DNA from: Lawsonibacter hominis
GTDB taxonomy: Bacteria > Bacillota > Clostridia > Oscillospirales > Oscillospiraceae
DNA length: 26,756 bases
Direction: 5' to 3'
Assembly (NCBI RefSeq): GCF_014287895.1
Contig: NZ_JACOPP010000032.1
Span: 1-26,756, forward strand
Shown: one piece after another, positions 1 to 7,943 of the stretch
Numbering within the stretch: position 1 is the first letter of the stretch
Layout of the letters: each line of letters begins with the position of its first letter
The notes under the pieces: generated by a model
The model's input: the letters and a program-made list of their open reading frames with translations, nothing else
What the model was told of the DNA's origin: nothing
Database searches by the model: none
Made by a program: the position numbers and the translations under genes

Positions 1-207
1 GTGGGTGGGTTTTCTTCTTTTCCTCTTCCGATCTCGTCGTCCGCCATAGGCGGACGACGAGCACGCGCAGCAGGCCGAGAAGTGCTTTCTCCGACGCACA
101 TGTCGTCGGAGAAAACGGATTGGACTGAGTGCGCGCCTGTACCCCAAGGGCATTTCCGCGCCTGCTCTGCAGGCTTGGGCACAAGCGCCAACTCTGCAAG
201 GAAATGA

Positions 208-241
208 CCGCCCCCCTCCGGCTCAGGCCGGAGGGGGGCGG
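208..241. terminator. GC-rich hairpin (15-bp stem CCGCCCCCCTCCGGC/GCCGGAGGGGGGCGG, tcag loop) followed by TATTTTAT on + strand; lies 4 nt beyond xth stop on - strand (bidirectional)
   Basis: Perfect inverted repeat read directly from sequence, with a T-tract on the + side; a + frame ORF stop (TGA 205-207) sits immediately upstream and the xth stop immediately downstream. Confidence 0.6.
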
Positions 242-245
242 TATT

Positions 246-1001
246 TTATCCGTTCAGAATCAGCTCCACCGGGCAGTGGTCGCTGCCGTACACGTCCGCG
301 TGGATCACGCTGTCCCCGACCTGGGGGACCAGGGCGTTGGAGACGATGAAATAGTCGATGCGCCACCCTGCGTTGTTCTCCCGGGCGTGATACAGATAGC
401 TCCACCAGGTGTAGGCTCCGGTGCGCTCCGGGTAGAGCTGCCGGAAGGTGTCGGTAAAGCCGCCCGCCAGCAGGCGGGACATCTTGGCGCGCTCCTCGTC
501 GCTGAAGCCCGCGTTGCCGCGGTTGGACTTTGGATTCTTCAGGTCGATCTCCTGATGCGCCACGTTCAGGTCCCCGCACAGCACCACCGGTTTTTGGGCC
601 TCCAGGGCTTTCAGATAGACGAAAAAGGCGTCCTCCCAGGCCATGCGGTAATCCAGCCGGGCCAAGCCCCGCTGGGCGTTGGGGGTGTAGCAGTTCACTA
701 GGTAAAAATCAGAAAATTCCGCCGTAATGACCCGCCCTTCGGTATCGTGCTGCGCGGCGCCGATCCCATAGGAGACGCTCTGCGGCGCCGTCCGGGTAAA
801 CAGGGCGGTGCCGGAATAGCCCTTCTTTTCGGCGCTGTTCCAGTACTGATGATAGCCGGGCAGCTCCAGTTCGATTTGGTGGGGCTGGAGCTTCGTCTCC
901 TGAAGACAGAAAACGTCGGCGTCCGCGGCGCGGAAAAAGTCCAGAAAGCCCTTGCCCAGGCAGGCGCGCAGGCCGTTGACGTTCCAGGAGATCAGATGCA
1001 T
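246..1001 (-). CDS. xth: exodeoxyribonuclease III (Xth/APE1 family AP endonuclease)
   Basis: Translation carries ExoIII motifs [21 protein letters not shown] and SDHCPV. I chose the internal Met (MHLISW...) as start because GGAGG lies about 7 nt upstream. The resulting 251 aa is typical for Xth. Confidence 0.9.
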   Translation of the reverse strand: MHLISWNVNGLRACLGKGFLDFFRAADADVFCLQETKLQPHQIELELPGYHQYWNSAEKKGYSGTALFTRTAPQSVSYGIGAAQHDTEGRVITAEFSDFYLVNCYTPNAQRGLARLDYRMAWEDAFFVYLKALEAQKPVVLCGDLNVAHQEIDLKNPKSNRGNAGFSDEERAKMSRLLAGGFTDTFRQLYPERTGAYTWWSYLYHARENNAGWRIDYFIVSNALVPQVGDSVIHADVYGSDHCPVELILNG

Positions 1002-1183
1002 GCGTCCGCCTCCGTCCCCCATCGCATGGGCTTGCCCGCGCCGTCCAGCAAAGGCGTGAGCCCGCCGGCGTAGCCGCTGATCGTCTGCAGATAGAGCGCC
1101 CCCGTCTGGGTATCCAGCAGGATGCGGACGGTCTCCGTCACGCCCTGCGTATATACCACCTGAAACCGATCGTTCTTTCCCAT
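992..1183 (-). CDS. small conserved hypothetical protein (63 aa); overlaps xth start by 10 nt
   Basis: ORF with a strong RBS (GAGAGGAGA, 5 nt spacer, ATG). It sits tightly between the VOC gene and xth on the same strand, and its stop overlaps the xth start, consistent with translational coupling. Confidence 0.55.
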   Translation of the reverse strand: MGKNDRFQVVYTQGVTETVRILLDTQTGALYLQTISGYAGGLTPLLDGAGKPMRWGTEADACI

Positions 1184-1203
1184 ACGCGTCTCCTCTCAAT
1201 CGG

Positions 1204-1656
1204 TCATACACTGCCGCCGAACCAGCCCCGGCGGTCGAAGTGGACCACCTCCAGCTTGATGCCGTCCGGGTCCTTAAAGAAAAAAGCGTAGTAATCCGGG
1301 GTATACTCTGCCCAGAGCTTGGGTGGGGAGACGATGGTCACGCCGGGAAGGTCCTTTACCTGGGCGTAGACCCGGTCCACCTCCTCCCGGCTGTCCGCGC
1401 CAAAGGCCAGGTGGTGCACCGCGCCGGGACGGCGGCGGCAGACGGTCTCCTCCGCAAAGTCGGGCCGCGGGCAGATCAGGGACAGGGAAAATTCCGCTCC
1501 GCTGTAATCGACGGCCCGGTACTCATAGGCGGGCTCGTCCCCCTTGGCCTTCATGGTCAGCTCGAAGCCAAGAAGGGGCAGCAGGGCGTCGTAAAAGACC
1601 TCCTCCCGGTCCAGGTCCTTCACGGTGATGTCCAGATGGTCGATGCGTGGGCGCAT
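1204..1656 (-). CDS. VOC family protein (glyoxalase/bleomycin-resistance/dioxygenase superfamily)
   Basis: Motifs [32 protein letters not shown] and [12 protein letters not shown] are typical of the VOC fold. I chose the internal Met because AAGGAGG lies 8 nt upstream; this gives 150 aa. Confidence 0.8.
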   Translation of the reverse strand: MRPRIDHLDITVKDLDREEVFYDALLPLLGFELTMKAKGDEPAYEYRAVDYSGAEFSLSLICPRPDFAEETVCRRRPGAVHHLAFGADSREEVDRVYAQVKDLPGVTIVSPPKLWAEYTPDYYAFFFKDPDGIKLEVVHFDRRGWFGGSV

Positions 1657-1720
1657 GGCGCAATCCTCCTTATGGTCGCAAGGCGGTTGGGAGCGGGCAC
1701 GGCGGGAAGCGGCGGACGGC

Positions 1721-2344
1721 TCAGTACCGCCGCACCACAGCCACGACCTTGCCCAGGATCTCACAGCCGTCGCCGTCGATGGGCTCATAATCCGGGTTCT
1801 CCGGCATGAGCCAGGTGTGCCCGTCCTTGCGGCGCAGGGTCTTCACCGTGGCTTCGTCTTCCAAGAGGGCCACCACGATCTCGCCGCTGCGGGCCTCCTG
1901 CTGCTGGTGGACCACCACCAGGTCGCCCGGCAGGATGCCCGCGTACTTCATGGATTCCCCCCGCACCTGAAGGGCGAAGTGCTCTCCGGTGAGGCCGCCG
2001 GTATCGAACGTCAGATAATCCTCGATGCACTCCTGCGCCAGAATGGGCGCTCCGGCGGCCACACTGCCCACCACGGGCACCTGGTCCGCCCGCTCCTCCG
2101 GCTCCGGAAGCCGGTCCTGCGGGACGTGCTGCGCGCCGCAGACCGTAATGGAGCGGGTCTTTCCCTCGGCCTTGGTGATCAGGCCCGCCGCCTCCAGCCC
2201 CTTCAGATGAAAGTGAACGGTGGAGGGGGATTTGAGCCCCACGTGCTCCCCGATTTCCCGCACGGAGGGGGGATAACCGTGCCGGGCGGCGAAGTCAATG
2301 ATATAGTCGTAGATCTGCTGCTGCTTGGGGGATAGCTTTTTCAT
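1721..2344 (-). CDS. lexA: LexA repressor (SOS transcriptional repressor, S24 peptidase)
   Basis: N-terminal winged HTH (SPKQQQIYDYI...SVREIGEHVGLKSPSTVHFHL), Ala-Gly cleavage site (VAAGAPI), catalytic Ser in GESM and Lys in TVKTLRRK. Start at MKKLSPKQ with RBS AAAAGGAGGG; 207 aa. Confidence 0.93.
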   Translation of the reverse strand: MKKLSPKQQQIYDYIIDFAARHGYPPSVREIGEHVGLKSPSTVHFHLKGLEAAGLITKAEGKTRSITVCGAQHVPQDRLPEPEERADQVPVVGSVAAGAPILAQECIEDYLTFDTGGLTGEHFALQVRGESMKYAGILPGDLVVVHQQQEARSGEIVVALLEDEATVKTLRRKDGHTWLMPENPDYEPIDGDGCEILGKVVAVVRRY

Positions 2345-2378
2345 GGCAGACCCTCCTTTTTTCGCGTGATCCACGCTT

Positions 2379-2407
2379 ACTATAACATAGTTTTCACAAA
2401 ACTGCAA
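2379..2407 (-). promoter_or_regulatory. lexA promoter: -35 TTGCAG, 17-bp spacer, -10 TATAGT (read on the - strand)
   Basis: Hexamers read directly from the sequence; the -35 overlaps the LexA box. Confidence 0.6.
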
Positions 2408-2419
2408 ACATTTGTTCTA
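2406..2419. promoter_or_regulatory. Cheo-type LexA operator AGAACAAATGTTTG (GAAC-N4-GTTT, one mismatch to GAAC-N4-GTTC)
   Basis: Near-palindrome matching the Gram-positive SOS box CGAACRNRYGTTCG. It overlaps the lexA -35 in the lexA/marR divergent region, as expected for autoregulation. Confidence 0.65.
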
Positions 2420-2439
2420 AGCAATTTGCAAAATGGCCC

Positions 2440-2468
2440 TTGATTTTGGGGCGGGAAGCGTCTAAACT
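2440..2468 (+). promoter_or_regulatory. putative marR promoter: TTGATT, 17-bp spacer, TAAACT
   Basis: Hexamers read from sequence. Just downstream, palindromes CTTAAcgaTTAAG (2478-2490) and GTTAAC could be a MarR operator. Confidence 0.4.
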
Positions 2469-2515
2469 AGATAAGCTCTTAACGATTAAGCGGTTAACGA
2501 AAGGAAGTGCTTGGG

Positions 2516-3013
2516 ATGAGCCCACGGCCCGATCTGCCGGGCATTCTGGTGCACGCCATCCACCGGCTCCATCGCAATGCGGTACAGACAAAGCTGAGCG
2601 CCATGGGCCTGGAAGGCGTCGGATCGCCCATGATCCTGATGCTGCTCAAGCGCCGGGGCGCGGAAGGGGGCGGGGCCTATCAGCGGGAGCTGGCCGACGC
2701 CCTGCGCATCTCTCCCGCGGCCATCGCCATGTCTCTGCAGTCCCTGGAGCGCGCGGGCTATGTGGCGCGGCGGGAGGACCCGGGCGACCAGCGCCGCAAG
2801 CGCGTGGTCATCACGCCCCGGGGGGCGGCGGCGGTGGAAACCTGCCGGGACGCCCTGGCGGCGGCGGACGCGCAGATGCTCGCCGGTTTTACCGCTCAGG
2901 AGCGGGAGACCCTTACCGCCCTGCATCTGCGGATGCTGGACAATCTGACCCCCGGGGACAGCCCCGCGGGGGACCCTTTTGAAAGGTTGGGATGCAATTG
3001 CTCAAGACCTTAG
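2516..3013 (+). CDS. MarR family transcriptional regulator
   Basis: Winged-helix MarR-like core (YQRELADALRISPAAIAMSLQSLERAGYVARREDPGDQRRKRVVITPRG). ATG at 2516 has AAGGAAG 8 nt upstream. The 3' end overlaps the ABC exporter start by 22 nt. Confidence 0.8.
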   Translation: MSPRPDLPGILVHAIHRLHRNAVQTKLSAMGLEGVGSPMILMLLKRRGAEGGGAYQRELADALRISPAAIAMSLQSLERAGYVARREDPGDQRRKRVVITPRGAAAVETCRDALAAADAQMLAGFTAQERETLTALHLRMLDNLTPGDSPAGDPFERLGCNCSRP

Positions 3014-4734
3014 CTTCTTACCTGCGGGAGTACAAAAAGTACGCCCTGCTGGCTCCGCTGATGGTGGTGCTGGAGGTGCTCTGCGAACTGGCGCTGCCCC
3101 TGGTCATGGCCAAGATTGTGGATGTGGGCATCGCCGGCGCGCAGGTGCCCTATATCCTGCGCATGGGCGCGGCCATGCTGGCGCTCTCCCTGGCCGCCAT
3201 GGCCTTCGGGGTGCTCTCGGCCCGGTTTTCCGCCGTGTGCAGCCAGGGCTTCGGCGCAAACCTCCGCCAGGGGCTGTTCGACCAGGTACAGGAATTTTCC
3301 TTTGCGGACATCGACCGGTTTTCTTCCGCCTCGCTCATTACCCGCATGACCAACGACGTCAACGCCATCACCATGATGCTGGCCATCGGCCTGCGGATGC
3401 TCACCCGGGCGCCGGTGACCCTCGTTGCCGCCCTCATCGTCACCGCGTCCATCAGCCCCAGGCTCTCCCTGGTGCTGCTGGCCGTCATCCCGGTCATGGC
3501 GGCGGCCATCGTGCTGCTGATGAAGATCTGCAGCCGCCTGTTTGAGGTGATGCAGAAGAAAATCGACAACCTGAACAACACCGTGCAGGAAAATCTGGTG
3601 GCCATCCGGGTGGTGAAGGCCTTTGTCCGGGAGGGGTATGAAAAGACCAAGTTCATGCGCTCCAACGATGAGCTGACCGCCGCCTCTCTGAACGTGGGCA
3701 TGCGGATCATCGCCATGCTGCCCATCATGATGATCTCCCTCAACGTGGCTACCGTACTGGTGCTGTGGATCGGCGGACGGATGGTCATGAACGACACGCT
3801 GCTGGTGGGACAGCTTTCCTCGTTTATCAGCTACATCGCGCAGATCCTCATGAGCGTGATGATGGTGGCCATGGCGCTGCTCCAGCTTTCCCGGGCCCAG
3901 GCCTGCGCCCGCCGCATCTGTGAGGTGCTTTGGGCCACGCCGGACATCCGGGACTGTGAACTGAGCCGGGAGCTCCCCGCGCCCCGGGGCAGGGTGGAGT
4001 TCCGGGACGTCTGCTTCAAATATGTCGCCACCGGCACCGGGGACGACGTGCTCCGGGATGTGAGCTTTACGGTGGAACCCGGCCAGTTTGTGGCGATCGT
4101 GGGCGGTACCGGCGTGGGCAAATCCTCCCTGGTCAACCTGATCCCCCGTTTCTACGACGTGACCGGCGGCGCGGTGCTGCTGGACGGAGTGGATGTGCGG
4201 GATTATCCGCTGGAGGAGCTGCGCGCGCGCATCGGCATGGTGCTGCAGAGCAACGTGCTTTTTTCGGGTACGGTCCGGGACAATCTGCTCTGGGGCAAGC
4301 CGGACGCCACGGAGGACGAGCTGATCCAGGCCGCCCGGGACGCCCAGGCCTATGACTTCATCATGGGCCTGCCCGACGGGTTCGACACCTGGCTGGAGCA
4401 GGGGGGCACCAACGTCTCCGGCGGACAGAAACAGCGCCTGTGCATCGCGCGGGCCATGCTGCGCCGCCCGGCAGTGCTGATTCTGGACGACTCCACTTCT
4501 GCCGTGGACTCGACTACCGAGGCCAAAATACGGGAATCCTTCCATCAGAACCTGAAGGATACCACCGTTCTCATCATTGCCCAGCGCATCAGCTCCGTGC
4601 AGTATGCGGACCAGATCATCATCCTGGAGGACGACCACATCGCCGGCATGGGCACCCATGCGCAGCTGCTGGCGGGCAATGAGATCTATCAGGAGATCTA
4701 CCAGTCTCAGCAGGAGGGGGTGGGGGAAGCATGA
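2992..4734 (+). CDS. ABC exporter subunit (fused permease plus ATPase), BmrC/LmrC-like chain carrying the degenerate site
   Basis: Six-TM N-terminal half followed by Walker A GGTGVGKSS, signature LSGGQKQRL and Walker B VLILDD. The residue after Walker B is Asp rather than the catalytic Glu, and the H-loop reads IAQRIS (Gln rather than His). 580 aa. Confidence 0.92.
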   Translation: MQLLKTLASYLREYKKYALLAPLMVVLEVLCELALPLVMAKIVDVGIAGAQVPYILRMGAAMLALSLAAMAFGVLSARFSAVCSQGFGANLRQGLFDQVQEFSFADIDRFSSASLITRMTNDVNAITMMLAIGLRMLTRAPVTLVAALIVTASISPRLSLVLLAVIPVMAAAIVLLMKICSRLFEVMQKKIDNLNNTVQENLVAIRVVKAFVREGYEKTKFMRSNDELTAASLNVGMRIIAMLPIMMISLNVATVLVLWIGGRMVMNDTLLVGQLSSFISYIAQILMSVMMVAMALLQLSRAQACARRICEVLWATPDIRDCELSRELPAPRGRVEFRDVCFKYVATGTGDDVLRDVSFTVEPGQFVAIVGGTGVGKSSLVNLIPRFYDVTGGAVLLDGVDVRDYPLEELRARIGMVLQSNVLFSGTVRDNLLWGKPDATEDELIQAARDAQAYDFIMGLPDGFDTWLEQGGTNVSGGQKQRLCIARAMLRRPAVLILDDSTSAVDSTTEAKIRESFHQNLKDTTVLIIAQRISSVQYADQIIILEDDHIAGMGTHAQLLAGNEIYQEIYQSQQEGVGEA

Positions 4735-6803
4735 CACAGCGTCAAACACAGCAGCGGCCCATGCATGGGCCCGGCGGCGGCCCCCGGGGCGGATATCAGA
4801 AGCCCAAGGATATGAAGAAGACCATCCGCCGCCTGCTCACCTATCTGGCCCGTCACAAGCTGGCCCTGGTGGGGGTGTTCCTCTGCCTGCTCGTCTCGGT
4901 GGGCAGCAATTTGGGCGGCTCCTATCTGCTGCGGCCCATCATCAACAACTTCATCTACTCCGGCGGCCGGGACTTCGCGGGGCTGGCCCTCTCCCTGCTC
5001 CAGCTGCTTGGCATCTACGCGGTGGGGGCCGCGGCCTCCTACGCCCAGTCGGCGGCCATGGTGCGGCTGGCCCAGCGCGGCGTGAACAAGCTGCGCCGGG
5101 ATCTGTTCGACAAGCTGCAGGCGCTGCCGCTCTCCTACTTTGACCGGCACCCCCACGGGGAGCTTATGAGCCGCTTTACCAACGACGCGGACAACGTGCA
5201 GACCGCCCTGGAACAGAGCCTGGTCTCCCTGATCTCCAGCGCCCTGATGTTCGTGGGACTGGTGGTCATCATGCTGGCGACCAACCCCCTTTTGTTCCTC
5301 ATCACGGTGGTTGTTCTGGCGCTTACCCTGTTCCTCTTCTCCAGGCTGGGGGGCAAGAGCCGGAACTATTACCGGCAGCAGCAGGCCACCCTGGGCGACA
5401 TGAACGGCAATATCCAGGAGATGATCGAGGGACTGCGCGTGGTCAAGGCGTTCACCCACGAGCGGGCGGCCAAAGAGGAATTCCAGCGCCGCAACACCGC
5501 CTACCGGGACGCGGCCACCCGCGCCAACTTTTATTCTACCGCCATCATGCCCGTCTCCAACAACCTGATGAACATCAGCTACGCCCTGACGGCGGCCTTC
5601 GGCGGGCTGATGTCCATTCTGACGGGCTTCGATCTGGGCGGCCTGGTGATCTACCTGAACTACTCCAAGCAGATCGGCCAGCCGCTGAACCAGATCTCCA
5701 TGCAGCTGACCAACGTGCTCTCCGCCCTGGCGGGCGCCGAGCGGATGTTCGAGGTCATGGATACCGCGCCCGAGGCGGACGAGGGCAGGATCACCCTGGT
5801 GCCTGCCGTTTTGGACCCGGCGGGCCGCCTGGCCGAGCGCACCGACGCGGGCCGTGGGGGCATGTGGGCCTGGAAGACCCCCAAGAACGCGGGCCTGGCG
5901 CTGGTCCCGGCCGCCGAAGGCCCCGGCGGGACGCTGACGGAACTGGACGCGCCCGCGCCGGGCTGCCGCTGGGCCTGGCGGTATCCCGGCCCCGACGGCG
6001 CGCCGTCCCTCCACCAGATCCGGGGCGCGGTGCGCAGCGTGGACACCGAGGACTGCTGGCTCACCGAGCTGCGGGGGGCCGTGCGCTTTACCGATGTGGA
6101 CTTTTCCTATGTGCCCGGCAAGCCGATCCTGAAACAGGTGAACGTCTACGCCAATCCGGGCCAGAAGATCGCCTTCGTGGGTTCCACCGGCGCGGGCAAG
6201 ACCACCATCACCAACCTGATCAACCGTTTTTACGAGATCGACTCCGGCCTGATCACCTATGACGGCATCGACGTGAGGGCCATTCGGAAGGAGGACCTGC
6301 GCCGCTCCCTAGGGGCGGTGCTCCAGGATACCCACCTCTTCACCGGCACCATCCTGGACAACATCCGCTACGGACGGCTGGATGCCACCGACGAGGAGTG
6401 TGTCGCCGCGGCGAAGAGCGCCAACGCCCATTCCTTTATCCGCCGCCTGCCCCAGGGCTACGACACCCCCGTCTCCGGCGACGGCGGGAACCTGTCCCAG
6501 GGCCAGCGGCAGCTGCTGGCCATCGCCCGGGCCGCTGTGGCCGACCCGCCGGTGATGATCCTGGACGAGGCCACCTCCTCCATCGACACCCGCACCGAGC
6601 GGCACATCGAACGGGGGATGGACGCTCTGATGGAGCACCGCACCGTCTTTGTCATCGCCCACCGCCTGTCCACGGTGCGCAACGCCAACTGCATCGTGGT
6701 CATCGAGCGCGGCGCAATCGAAGAAAAGGGCGACCACGCGCAGCTTTTGGAGCACCGCGGCCGCTACTATCAGCTCTACACCGGTCAGTTCACACTTTCC
6801 TGA
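4731..6803 (+). CDS. ABC exporter subunit (fused permease plus ATPase), BmrD/LmrD-like chain with canonical Walker B and degenerate signature
   Basis: Start overlaps the upstream stop (ATGA) with GGGGGAAG as RBS. Walker A GSTGAGKTT, Walker B MILDEATS and H-loop IAHRLST are canonical; the signature is degenerate (LSQGQRQLL). An extra segment of about 90 residues lies between the TMD and NBD. 690 aa. Confidence 0.92.
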   Translation: MTQRQTQQRPMHGPGGGPRGGYQKPKDMKKTIRRLLTYLARHKLALVGVFLCLLVSVGSNLGGSYLLRPIINNFIYSGGRDFAGLALSLLQLLGIYAVGAAASYAQSAAMVRLAQRGVNKLRRDLFDKLQALPLSYFDRHPHGELMSRFTNDADNVQTALEQSLVSLISSALMFVGLVVIMLATNPLLFLITVVVLALTLFLFSRLGGKSRNYYRQQQATLGDMNGNIQEMIEGLRVVKAFTHERAAKEEFQRRNTAYRDAATRANFYSTAIMPVSNNLMNISYALTAAFGGLMSILTGFDLGGLVIYLNYSKQIGQPLNQISMQLTNVLSALAGAERMFEVMDTAPEADEGRITLVPAVLDPAGRLAERTDAGRGGMWAWKTPKNAGLALVPAAEGPGGTLTELDAPAPGCRWAWRYPGPDGAPSLHQIRGAVRSVDTEDCWLTELRGAVRFTDVDFSYVPGKPILKQVNVYANPGQKIAFVGSTGAGKTTITNLINRFYEIDSGLITYDGIDVRAIRKEDLRRSLGAVLQDTHLFTGTILDNIRYGRLDATDEECVAAAKSANAHSFIRRLPQGYDTPVSGDGGNLSQGQRQLLAIARAAVADPPVMILDEATSSIDTRTERHIERGMDALMEHRTVFVIAHRLSTVRNANCIVVIERGAIEEKGDHAQLLEHRGRYYQLYTGQFTLS

Positions 6804-6813
6804 AAGTATCTAC

Positions 6814-6842
6814 TTGCGCACGATTCCGACGCGTGCTATCAT
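6814..6842 (+). promoter_or_regulatory. putative SDR promoter: TTGCGC, 17-bp spacer, TATCAT
   Basis: Read from sequence. An inverted repeat GTTCA-N11-TGAAC (6843-6863) follows immediately. Confidence 0.4.
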
Positions 6843-6921
6843 GTTCACCATCATATGTTGAACCGTCCGGTTTAAATGGAATGACCGGCGGACGGCGCGG
6901 ATCCAAAGGAGGATATGCATC

Positions 6922-7689
6922 ATGGGGAAATTTGACGGCAAGGTTGCCGTGATCACCGGCGGCGGTAAGGGCGGCGGGATCGGGTACGGTCTGTCCACCG
7001 CGTTTGCCAAGGAGGGGTGCGATCTTGTCATTACCGGACGCAACACCAGGAAGCTGGACGACGCCAGGGAGGAGCTGGAGCGGCTCTACGGCGTCAAGGT
7101 CCTGGCCTGCCAGGCCGACGGCGGCGTGGAGGAGCAGGTGGCGGGCGTGGTCAAGCAGGCGGCGGATACCTTCGGCCGCATCGACTTTTTGATCAACAAC
7201 GCCCAGAACTCCGCCTCCGGCGTTCCTCTGGCCGAGCACACCAAGGAGGACTTTGACAAGGCCGTCTACTCCGGACTGTACGCGGCGTTTTTCTATATGA
7301 AGCACGCTTACCCCTATCTCAAGCAGGCCCGGGGTTCCGTGGTCAATTTCGCCTCCGGCGCGGGCCTGTTCGGGAAGCCCGGCCAGAGCTCCTATGCCGC
7401 CGCCAAGGAGGGGATCCGCGGCATGACCCGGGTCGCCGCCACCGAGTGGGGCCCCGACGGTATCAACTGCAACTGCATCTGCCCCCTGGTCATGACCGAC
7501 GCGCTGAAAAAGTGGAAAGAGGAGTACCCCGCGGTCTATGAGCAGACCATCAAGGGGATCCCCGCCGGCCGCTTCGGCGACCCGGAGAAGGATATCGGCC
7601 GAACCGCCGTGTTCCTGTGCTCGGAGGACGCAAAGTATATCTCCGGCGAGACGATTACCATGCAGGGCGGCTCCGGCCTGCGGCCCTAA
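6922..7689 (+). CDS. SDR family NAD(P)-dependent oxidoreductase
   Basis: Glycine-rich dinucleotide motif (VAVITGGGKGGGIGYG), NNAQ motif, and a catalytic S...Y...K arrangement (FASGAG, SSYAAAK). RBS AAGGAGG 8 nt upstream; 255 aa. Confidence 0.88.
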   Translation: MGKFDGKVAVITGGGKGGGIGYGLSTAFAKEGCDLVITGRNTRKLDDAREELERLYGVKVLACQADGGVEEQVAGVVKQAADTFGRIDFLINNAQNSASGVPLAEHTKEDFDKAVYSGLYAAFFYMKHAYPYLKQARGSVVNFASGAGLFGKPGQSSYAAAKEGIRGMTRVAATEWGPDGINCNCICPLVMTDALKKWKEEYPAVYEQTIKGIPAGRFGDPEKDIGRTAVFLCSEDAKYISGETITMQGGSGLRP

Positions 7690-7875
7690 GGCATCACCGC
7701 ACAATTCCCCGCGCGCGTCTTGGCGGCCGATTCGCCCCGCAAATGCGTTGCAAGACCTTGCAGTATACAAAGTGTTCCTGCGGTTTTGCGTCTTTTTGCG
7801 GCACAAATTTTCGCGCCAATCCGCACGCGCTGAATGATGCGGTAATGCCCCAAGGAAAAATTTGCAGCTTTCCTG

Positions 7876-7904
7876 TTTACCTTTTGCCCCAAAACCGGTA
7901 TACT
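7876..7904 (+). promoter_or_regulatory. putative nitroreductase promoter: TTTACC, 17-bp spacer, TATACT
   Basis: Hexamers read from the sequence about 40 nt upstream of the start codon. Confidence 0.45.
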
Positions 7905-7943
7905 GTAGGCGAACGATCAAACAGGAAAGGAAGGTCATTTTTT

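Noticed and set aside
3010-4749. Very long antisense ORFs: 3010-4749(-), 4707-6014(-), 6790-7938(-), 12099-14792(-, 897 aa), 16242-16952(-), 17351-18733(-) and 17755-20895(-, 1046 aa).
   Set aside because: Each mirrors a confidently identified gene on the other strand. They are low-complexity Gly/Arg/Pro/Ala-rich translations typical of stop-codon-poor high-GC DNA, with no RBS or recognisable domains.
6842-6864. Possible Rex or LexA operator at GTTCA-N11-TGAAC / CATATGTTGAAC.
   Set aside because: It matches neither the Rex consensus (TTGTGAA-N4-TTCACAA) nor the GAAC-N4-GTTC Cheo box beyond a half-site. I kept it only as a generic dyad.
7906-7918. CGAACGATCAAAC resembling a LexA half-box upstream of the nitroreductase.
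   Set aside because: The second half is AAAC rather than GTTC (two mismatches) and no palindrome is present.
7617-7943. In-frame N-terminal extension of the nitroreductase (ORF-track start 7617), and similar 5' extensions for pnp (12063), the molybdoenzyme (18850), the ATPase (22538), xth, the VOC gene and lexA.
   Set aside because: Only the internal Met codons have Shine-Dalgarno sequences at correct spacing. The extensions run through promoter-like AT-rich DNA and add non-homologous residues.
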